Positions 54,803 through 64,000 of a stretch of 64,000 nt of DNA are shown piece by piece. Position numbers and translations under genes: made by a program. Origin of the DNA: Octopus vulgaris (lineage: Eukaryota); contig OX597819.1 of assembly GCA_951406725.2 (NCBI GenBank), positions 120,218,001 to 120,282,000 on the forward strand, in the 5' to 3' direction. Below the pieces are notes generated by a model. It made no database searches and was not told the origin of the DNA. It saw nothing but the letters and a program-made list of their open reading frames with translations. Numbering within the stretch: the first letter of the stretch is position 1; every line of letters begins with the position of its first letter.

Positions 54803-55220
54803 GGCGAGCTGGCAGAAATGTTAGCACGCCGAGCGAAATGCTTAGCAGTATTTCGTCTGCCGTTACGTTCTGAGTTCAAATTCAGCCGAGGTCGACTTTG
54901 CCTTTCATCCTTTCGAGGTCGTTTAAATAAATACCAGTTACGCACTGGGGTCGATATAATCAACTTAATCCGTTTGTCTGTCCTTGTTTGTCCCCTCTCT
55001 GTGTTTAGCCCCTTGTGGGTAATAAAGAAATAGGTATTTCGTCCGCCGCTGCGTTCTGAGTTCAAATTCCGCCGAGGTCGACTTTGCCTTTCAACCTTTC
55101 GGGGTCGTTTAAATAAATACCAGTTACGCAATGGGGTCGATATAATCAACTTAATCCGTTTGTCTGTCCTTGTTTGTCCCCTCTCTGTGTTTAGCCCCTT
55201 GTGGGTAGTAAAGAAATAGG
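54803..55220 (+). mobile_element. SINE family B tandem dimer
   Basis: Two near-identical ~187 bp units sharing one head. Confidence 0.93.
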
Positions 55221-55258
55221 TGTGACAACATTAATACAAACATACACACACACATACA

Positions 55259-55313
<55 letters not shown>

Positions 55314-55599
55314 GGACACATGCATGGTGTGTGTACAATTGCGAAAAGTGTACTCTTTACACATTGCAGTTATTAAATTTGTTAGTTTTCCTTTCAGACG
55401 GTATTACGAACGTCGGCAGATGCATAAGATGTCCAAAGGTGCGTTTTCAAAGTTATTTCTTATTGGTTAGACTCGTTCTTTGATGAATCAAAGCGAATTT
55501 TCTGGAACTGCTGTATATAATACAGGTGACATCTCGAAGTTGTTGTTGTTTCAAAAGCAATTATTCCGATAAGCTGAAATCGATTTTTGCTGTTGCCCT

Positions 55600-56140
55600 A
55601 GTCAGGCTATTGAAAATTCTGGAAATTTGATTAAAGGAACATTTTCGGTTGCGACTTTTGGATAGCATTTCGGAGAAATGTTGCTGTTTGTTTCAGGAGA
55701 GGGAACTTTTCAAAAAGGCAAAGTCTACAATAGTGTCTCATTAAAGTATGGTATGAGTCTATCAGTGATGTACCGTGTTTATAGTGCTTCGTCCGTCTCC
55801 CAACCTTGAAGTTACAGGCTAATTATGACAGAAGCTTAGAATTTTCTCTGTTATTTGATCTGAGAGAGTAGTACACTGAAGGAAGAAGCGACTCTTGAAA
55901 GTGTTTGTTGTTAGTCTCGTACAATTTCCTGAAATGCCATTTGAAGGCGTTATAGATCTTTATACAAATTCTTCATAGATATAGAGTTTCCAAAGAGGAC
56001 ATGGGGATGGATATCGACGGGGATAGGTTGGCTGGTAAGGTATCGGTTGATAAGGAGTTATATCGCTTGTAGTTTTTGATCCGAAGAGGAGATCTTAATA
56101 TGCGAGATAGACATCTTTTGGTACCTGTGTGTAAAAATAT
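55600..56140 (-). pseudogene. Highly decayed Penelope-like GIY-YIG region
   Basis: YCRLCLFEKF..L and SEMLSKSRNRK resemble the C.LCL.EK...SEL.SKCRH C-terminal motif of PLE endonucleases; many stops and frameshifts. Confidence 0.5.
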
Positions 56141-56406
56141 TATATCACTACTAGGAAATTCCTAGTTATATTTCCGGTGACTTATAAGTTGTGCAGCGAA
56201 TTAAACCACGTTACTTTCCTCTTCGAGTACTCTGCTATTTGTGTGTCACGTTACATCTCATCTACATATAAATCCTTAAAATCCTTTAAAATGTTTTAGC
56301 CCGAAGGCCGCGGCCATGCTGGGGCACCATTTACTGTAGCCACTCCTTTCGGAGATGGCATTATTGAAATTTAGCTTAAAATAAGGATCACACATACAGA
56401 TAATTT

Positions 56407-56692
56407 TACTGCAACAGCCTGGGTTTCAAGGGCCCACTGCTTTTTAATATTCTCCCAAAGAGTCTGAGGAACATGCACAAAGTAGATGTAGAGGTTTTTA
56501 AATCAAGGCTGGGCCTCTTCCTGTTGAGAGTCCCAGATGAACCTACCTTACGGCAAGATGTGCAAATGAGGGTAGCTGTATCAAACTCCATTCTTCACCT
56601 AGTACCACATATTAAAGGAGGCTCTCGGTAATAAAAGTGTATCAAAATGGCGGTGCATCAACATGGCCGCAACTCTGAGCTGAAACTACAGA
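56407..56692 (+). mobile_element. Second 5'-truncated copy of the 33975-34878 LINE
   Basis: High nucleotide identity to ~34583-34865. Confidence 0.92.
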
Positions 56693-57243
56693 AATATATA
56701 TATACATATATATATATATATAAGAGAGAGAGACAGAGAGACACAGACACAGACACAGACAGACACAGGCAGGCAAGCAAACAGGCAAGCAGACAGTCAG
56801 CTAGCTAGCTAGATATAAATTTGTAGCGAAATACATGAATGCAGAAAAGGGTGTGGTCATCACAGAAAGTTACCCTAACAGACCACCCGATCACATAGTA
56901 ATGCAAAACAGAGGAATGTAATGCAGAATGTCCATGAAATTGAAATCCGATCGATGGAGTATATAAACCATAAGATGTCAGAAGCTATGAAGGACAAATA
57001 TATTTGACTTACTTAGTGTTACAGCCGTTTCGCAGCCTTCTTGATGTACTATCAATTTCAGTGTGGAATATAATTATGTTTACATGTTTACTTCTATATG
57101 CATGCTATGAATTATACAATACATTTGTATATTCACAAATCAATGGAAATACAGGAACCTGGCTCATCAGATCAAGGGACACAGAAAAATACAAGGAGAG
57201 AAAACAATGTGTGGAGTGGCTAACGATCTATCATGGCGACGAG

Positions 57244-57302
<59 letters not shown>

Positions 57303-57898
57303 AACATATATATACTTGTATATATATAAATATATATACATATATATATAAATACATGTATATATACTGATGTATATTTGTAGCTGTATATGTAAAGATG
57401 TATTTCTATAGATATACATGTATATGTAAACATGTATGTCTAGATGTACATGTACACATAGATATATACACATATGTACATGCATACATATATACACCCA
57501 TACACACATACCGATGCACCCACCCACACACAGAAACACACACACAGAGGTGCAGGTGTGGCTGTGTAATAACAAACTTGGTTCCAAAACATTTGGTCCT
57601 CAGTTCAGTCCCACTGTGTGGTAACTTGGCATATGTCTTCTGCTATAGCATCATGGGGCGACTGTACACAGCTACAAGCCCACAGTCGACGCTATGGCGA
57701 CCAGAGCTCGCTCTGGGCGACATTGGGCCGACTGTACTTATGGTACCTATTTTATCAACCCCGATAATATGGGTATCCTAAAATTGTATGTTACTAACGT
57801 TTCTCAATTTCGAAGACTCCTCATAATTGATTTCAAATTTTGGCACAAGGCCATCAATTTCAAGGGTGGGTAAGTCAATTGCATCGACCCCAGTGCTC

Positions 57899-59409
57899 AA
57901 ATACGATATTAATTGTTATTGTCTGAGATTTTGGTGTAATTTGAGAGGATAATACAAAAGTGATGGATGATTTAGTGATTTACTGCAAAACCCATGGCGG
58001 CCAAAATGATCAGAACGGTTGAAAAAATAACAAAATAATCAAAAATGACAGAGAATACTGGAATTATTTAATATTTAGTGTGAAGCCCTTTAGCTTCAAT
58101 CACACTTTGACATCTTTGACTGCATGAGGAAATTAAATTTTCAATTTCTTGCTGGGTGATCTTATTCCATTCTTCCTGAAGGGCATTCCATAATTGCTCG
58201 GTTGTTTTAGGATTTCTGGCTTTCGAACGTTCTCCTAGAATATTCCACACATTTTCAATAGGATTGAGATCTGGGCTTTGAGCAGGCCAATCCATAATAA
58301 TAACCTTTTCAGCCTTGAGGAAGTTCATGACCACCTTAGCCTTGTGACATGGGGCATTGTCCTGCATGAATATGGGTGGTCGCTTAGTTGAATTTCTCAG
58401 CACAGGCAAGACATGATCTTTTACAAGTTGTTTATAAACTCCTGCATTTACCTTTCCGTGTAATCGCACCAAAGGGCCCACACCATCTCCAGATATCATC
58501 CTCCTAACCATGACACTTCCTCCACCGAATTTAACACTAGTCTTAAGGCATTTAGGCGACAATTTTTCACCTACTTTTCCCATCTGAGCCAAATGACATA
58601 AACTTAGATTCATCACTGAAATGCACCATTTGCCATTTTTCTTGAGACTACAACACATGTTCGGTTGCAAAGGTAAGACGACAGTTTTTATTTTTGGAGC
58701 TGATCAGTGGCTTCACTGCAGGTGAACTTGCTTGTAGGTTATGTTCAACTAAACGATGAGACACAGTTTTTCGAGATAACGTTTTCTTCAGTACAATGCT
58801 CATTTCCCAAGAAACAGCAGCAGCAGTTTTAAATCTGTCCTTTTTAACCAACTTTACCATAGCACAATCTTCTCTCTTGGTCGTTTTTCTTGGCCTACCT
58901 GTAGACTTTCTTGCTTCACACGAAACACAATCATCGAAGACCTTAAGAATACCGTGAAAAACACTTTTTGACTTGTTAACAATCTTTGCAATAGATCCAA
59001 TACTTAAATTATCCTTCCTTCGAAGCTTAATAATCTGCTGACGAATTGGTAACGGTTTAAGTGGCATTATATTAACAAAGTACACTGCAGATATTCTTAC
59101 TAATGTTTAGTAAACGAACCATAACGTAAACAAATTCAAAACATTAGAGTTCGGCGGTTAAATATACTAAAACAAGGAGTAAAAGCAACTGTTCTGATCA
59201 TTTTGGCCGCCATGGGTTTTGCAGTAAATCACTAAATCATCCATAACTTTTGTATTATCCTCTCAAATTACACCAAAGTCTCAGACAATAACAATTAATA
59301 TTGTATTTATTGTCTGTGAAAATTATAGAATATAAAACAACTTTGATAAAAACTTATGCCTACGTTTCTGAAGAAAATAATGCCGTTCTGAACATTTTGG
59401 CTGCAACTG
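57899..59409 (-). mobile_element. Tc1-family IR/DR transposon, one TIR truncated
   Basis: TIR 59186-59409 has inner (GTTCTGATCATTTTGGCCGC) and outer (GTTCTGAACATTTTGGCTGC) direct repeats and ends CTG|TA; 57899-58021 is the inner half of the opposite TIR. Confidence 0.92.
58068..59085 (-). pseudogene. Tc1 DD34E transposase pseudogene
   Basis: GRPRKTT, HFSDESKF, VKFGGGSVMV, FMQDNAPCH-(34)-SPDLNPIENVW; in-frame TAG at 58648-58650 and a frameshift after DGK. Confidence 0.95.
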
Positions 59410-59415
59410 TATATA

Positions 59416-59495
<80 letters not shown>

Positions 59496-59522
59496 AAAAT
59501 AAGCAACAAGAATGAATCCGGT

Positions 59523-59613
59523 AATTTGGTACAATTGTTTCGCACTACAACATTTTATTAAAAGCTGTAAGTATTACAGCAGATTTAAGATGCTGAGTGC
59601 TCTTCAGCCAATT
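59523..59613 (-). ncRNA. Minimal type I hammerhead ribozyme motif
   Basis: Reverse-complement copy of 59813-59903 with a perfect GCACU/AGUGC stem II base. Confidence 0.82.
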
Positions 59614-59812
59614 ATATAGGTTTTCCAATAATATAAAAGCTTTCAAATCAAGTAGTAACATAGATACAACCAGAGTTTTGGTCAGTTAGAAACTGAACTT
59701 CACAACCTCATATGTTCTTAAAATTTAAATCTACATCTTTATCTGTATATCTACCTTCTCTAAAATGTTACTACTTGATTTGAAAGCTTTTATATTATTG
59801 GAAAACCTATAT

Positions 59813-59903
59813 AATTGGCTGAAGAGCACTCAGCATCTTAAATCTGCTGTAATACTTACAGCTTTTAATAAAATGTTGTAGCGCGAAACAATTGTACCAA
59901 ATT
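59813..59903 (+). ncRNA. Minimal type I hammerhead ribozyme motif
   Basis: AAUUGG CUGAAGA GCACU...AGCGC GAAA C AAUU GUA CCAAAUU; predicted cut after 59896. Confidence 0.82.
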
Positions 59904-61103
59904 ACCGGAGTCATTCTTGTTGCTTATTTTTGATCATAATCACCCCGCAAATTTTTATGGGTAACACCATACAAAATTCTGGTGCATCTAAATTAAGTAC
60001 CGTATTCATTTGAATCTAAATTGTTGCTGATCTTATAAATATATATATATATATATATAACACCCTAATGGGAGCATTAACTCCCAAATTTTAGTAATTT
60101 CTTTTATGATCCAAAACTAGGTCAAAAGTACTGAATGGATCTTTATGAAATTTGAAAATTATATTCTAATATAAGGGCCATAACCTCCATGACAATTCAT
60201 ATATTTTTGCTGTTGAAATTTTAACCATAGATATTAGACACAAATGAAGTAATATTTATAAAATTTCATCTTCTTACAAAGTAAGAAAGACCCCTCCATG
60301 GGGACTTAAAACCCACAATTTTGTCATTTAATCTAAGCAAAAACGAATACAGTTGTGCTCTTGGGAGCTGTAGGGTTACCCGAGCATAAAAGTTGGGCAT
60401 TATTTCTAATTCAATGGTACAACAGTGTAACAGTTTGCTTTGACATACACTTACATTGTGATTTCTGCAATGTGGTGCATAAATTGTTAAGTAAATGAGA
60501 GGCATCTTTGTCTCCACTGATTCAGTTGCAAAGTGTTAAGTAAAAATATTTGATTGCAGACCTCCTTTCAGTCTTTTTATTATCACTCAGTCACACATAG
60601 TCCCCAGATGGTAACATTGATTACAAGGCCTTCCAAGATGAGTGACTGGTTATTCAAAGACATTTATAGATTTTAAATTAATTCTGTCCAGTTACGTATC
60701 AGTATAGTGGTCATTTGCAAACTCCAGAAGTGACACTTTAATTTCTCCTAAGCCCTCGCATCACACAGTTGTTAATGTTGATTTCAGTTGGTTTCAAGCC
60801 CTTCCAATTGCTATAGATTTGTAATGCATCTTACGGCTGTGCCTGTCACCTGGATGGTGAGAAATCCTACATTGGGGTGGTAACGACTAGGGTAGGGTAA
60901 CTGACAACTTATAGTGATCATTCGTCTTTTGGTTTCCATGTGGCACGATTACAATTTTTTAGGGTGTGTAAAGAGGGAAATGACCCTCATCTGCAATTTT
61001 GATGAAATTCGAAACATAGATATTCCAGTTCATTCAGAAAATATAACAGGAAAGTCTAATTCTTCAATTGAATGTAACCGGGAAACGCCGGGTATCTCTG
61101 ATA

Positions 61104-61159
<56 letters not shown>

Positions 61160-61206
61160 ATGTATGATTGTGTGTGTCTGTGTGTGTACATACATACGTA
61201 TACATG

Positions 61207-61290
<84 letters not shown>

Positions 61291-61449
61291 CATGTACGTG
61301 TTCTTTAAATGAAGACATGCACACACGCACAAGTACCTAAGTACTACAGAATCAGGTTCTCACAACGTAAGTGCAGGAGCGTAGACCTGTATCTGTGCAC
61401 ACGCTAACCCAACCACGTATTTACAAATTCTGGGAACTGATTTCGTTAC

Positions 61450-61958
61450 TTTCTTATTTCTTTACTGCCCAAAATTCGGCGGAATTTGAACTCAGAACGT
61501 AAAGTCAGACGAAATACCTATTTCTTTACTACCCACAAGGGGCTAAACACAGAGAGGACAATCAAGGACAGACAAACGGATTAAGTCGATTATATCGATC
61601 CCAGTGCGTAACTGGTACTTATTTAATCGACCCCGAAAGGATGAAAGGCAAAGTCGACCTCGGCCGAATTTGAACTCAGAACGCAGCGGCGGACGAAATA
61701 CCACTAAGCATTTCGCCCGACGTGCTAACGTTTCTGTAAACTCGCCGATGTCATCAGTTGGCTGAAATGCGTAGCCGTATTTCGTCTGCCGTTACGTTCT
61801 GGGTTCAAATTCCGCCGAGGTCGACTTTGCCTTTCATCCTTTCGGGGTCGATAAATTAAGTAGCAGTCACGCACTGGGGTTGATATAATCGACTTAATCC
61901 GTTTGTCTGTCCTTGTTTGTCACCTCTGTGTTTAGCCCCTTGTGGGTAGTAAAGAAAT
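61450..61958. mobile_element. Head-to-head inverted SINE family B pair
   Basis: Minus copies to 61747, plus copy from ~61764. Confidence 0.9.
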
Positions 61959-62576
61959 ACATACATACATACATACATACATACATACATACATACATAC
62001 ATACATACATACATACATACATACATACGAACTAGTACAGTCATTAATCTTTCTTTGTATGTATAAGTCTTGTATCTATGTATGAATGTTTGCCTGTTGG
62101 CAGAAGCGGTAGAGTATCTGACAAAATACTTTACGAGCTATATTGGAAGTCTATAATCCCTGAACTCAAATCCCAACCCCACTCCACAAACACCTCTGTG
62201 GTTAACTTGACCTTTCATCCCTACAAGATCGATAAAATAAAGTAGCTGTCACGTACCAGAATCGATGCAATTGACTGACTTTTCCTTTTGAAATTGCTGA
62301 CCTTGTGCTGAAACAAAAGACAATACTTTTGTAAAAAGACAACAAAAGCTATTCTTGTTTCATTTAGCGCCATCTTGTCCCTCAGCTAATCTATGATCTA
62401 AGTCATTTCAGCTATGAATATCTCGTCTTTTTTCAATCATAGTATATGTAAGATTACATTATCCGATGTGCTTTCTCTGAGGTTCATATATTAAGTTGGA
62501 AAGATAGGCCTGTCGTATTTTAAGATGAGAAAGAAACAAATGCTTCTTTAGTTTTTATTGATATATTTAGTCAAGA

Positions 62577-62944
62577 CTAGCACTATGACCCGGCAACGCT
62601 GGGTCATAGTGCTAGTGCATGCATATACAGCTGCGAGCGTGCGCACATACACGCGAGTATTGTCCAAATCTCCGACCAATCACATACAGCTAGCTGGCAT
62701 TCAATTGGCATACCAAGTTTCGGGGATTTTGATTGGGTTTTGGATAGAAAATTCACAAAAATGTCACTTCTATTGATTTTTTAATGGCTTTACGAGGAGA
62801 CTGGGTAAATGTAAAGATGTGCACGACCACCCTTGGACGATTTTGAATGACCTTAGAAAGTGCAAGCCCTCTAACTGAATAATTATGGATTTGTATAAAG
62901 GACACACACACAGACAGACATTTTGCCGTTTATATATATAGAGA
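62577..62944 (-). mobile_element. Non-autonomous Helitron, copy 2
   Basis: Minus A|TC...CTAG|T; terminal palindrome CTAGCACTATGACCC-9nt-GGGTCATAGTGCTAG. Confidence 0.83.
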
Positions 62945-62959
62945 TAATATTTTCCCCTC

Positions 62960-63210
62960 TATATTGATAGCATAATCTTATGTATTTGGCAAATTGTTGA
63001 TCTTTCGGAAGTAAAATTCTTCAGGTTCGAAACAAAGAAATACTCAGCATCATATTTAACCTCTTCACAATTAATAAACTTTTTCCTGCTAAATAATGTT
63101 GCAATGACCAGAAATGTTGATACCCAGATGAACCAAGGTCAGGAAAGAAAAGAGGATGCAGCAAAACTTCCATATTTAGTACCATAATCCTTTCCTGAGT
63201 TAATTGCACA
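62960..63210 (-). pseudogene. Old mariner transposase C-terminal fragment
   Basis: EVLLHPLFFPDLGSSGYQHFWSLQHYLAGK resembles HPPYSPDLAPSDYHLF.SL..L.G. Confidence 0.75.
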
Positions 63211-63440
63211 CCGCGAGTAATGGGAAATCATTTATGTTAGCAACAAATCGTGTCAGGAGGGATAAGGGAGATAATTCTTGAATATAAAATCGTTAAAAAT
63301 TAAATAAAGACATTGAGGGTGGATTAAGCCTGATTTTTGGTGGCGTATAAACTACATCACTACCAGTTATTAAAATGACATTAAAAGGATGTAGTTATGT
63401 ATGAAAATTATTCATCGATTGAGTAACTTATCAACGTATA

Positions 63441-63605
63441 GGCGCAGAAGTGACTGTGTGGTAAGTAGCTTGCTTACAAACCACATAGTTCCGGGTTCAG
63501 TCCAACTGCGTGGCACCTTGGGCAAGTGTCTTCTACTGTAGCTTCGGACCGACCAAAGTCTTCTGAGTGGATATGGTAGACGGAAACTGACAGAAGTCCG
63601 TCTTA

Positions 63606-63685
<80 letters not shown>

Positions 63686-63911
63686 TGTATGTATGTTTAT
63701 ATGTTTGTGTGTCTGTGATTGTCCCCCTCCACAACATCGCTTGACAACCGATGCTGGGTGTGTTTACGTCCCTGTAACTTAGCAGTTCGGCAAAAGAGAC
63801 CTATAGAATAAGTACTAGGCTTACAAAGAATAAGTCCTGGGGTCGATTTGTTCGGCTAAAGGCGGTGCTCCAACATGGCCGCGGTCAAATGACTGAAACA
63901 AGTAAAAGAGT
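63441..63911 (+). mobile_element. SINE family A, full length
   Basis: Full head-to-tail match. Confidence 0.93.
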
Positions 63912-64000
63912 ATGGTATATTTTATAGAGAACAGAATCGAAAGGGTATTAACTAGGACTAGGTTGGGGAAAAATTATGGTGCCGTCTGTGGTTCAAATGA

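Larger units (their letters stand above)
59494..60037 (+). mobile_element. Second Penelope-like remnant with inverted pseudo-LTR in (TA)n
   Basis: 168 bp inverted arms 59494-59661 and 59765-59932 with about two mismatches, each containing a hammerhead. Confidence 0.8.

Overview
Eukaryotic, AT-rich and repeat-saturated DNA with no convincing host gene. The SINE repertoire and microsatellite density suggest an octopus or other cephalopod genome (inference). Most ORF-track entries are translations of satellites or microsatellites. Contents: (1) a ~6.5 kb A/T-tract satellite with an embedded ~158 bp cassette, repeated orientation switches and a ~2.7 kb higher-order period; (2) many tRNA-derived SINEs of at least five families with shuffled modules; (3) decayed LINEs (R4/Dong-type with RLE endonuclease, CR1/L2-group, one RTE-derived non-coding element); (4) DNA transposons (mariner, a Tc1 DD34E IR/DR element, a hAT element with TSD, MITEs, non-autonomous Helitrons); (5) a probable LTR; (6) Penelope-like fragments in (TA)n; (7) a 100-N gap. 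The most notable signal is a set of self-cleaving-ribozyme motifs read by eye: two unrelated inverted-repeat elements each carrying a minimal hammerhead in both arms, candidate hammerheads with swapped 3-8 core pairs, and a degenerate HDV-like fold at the 5' end of the RTE-derived element. All alignments were manual and coordinates of decayed repeats are approximate.
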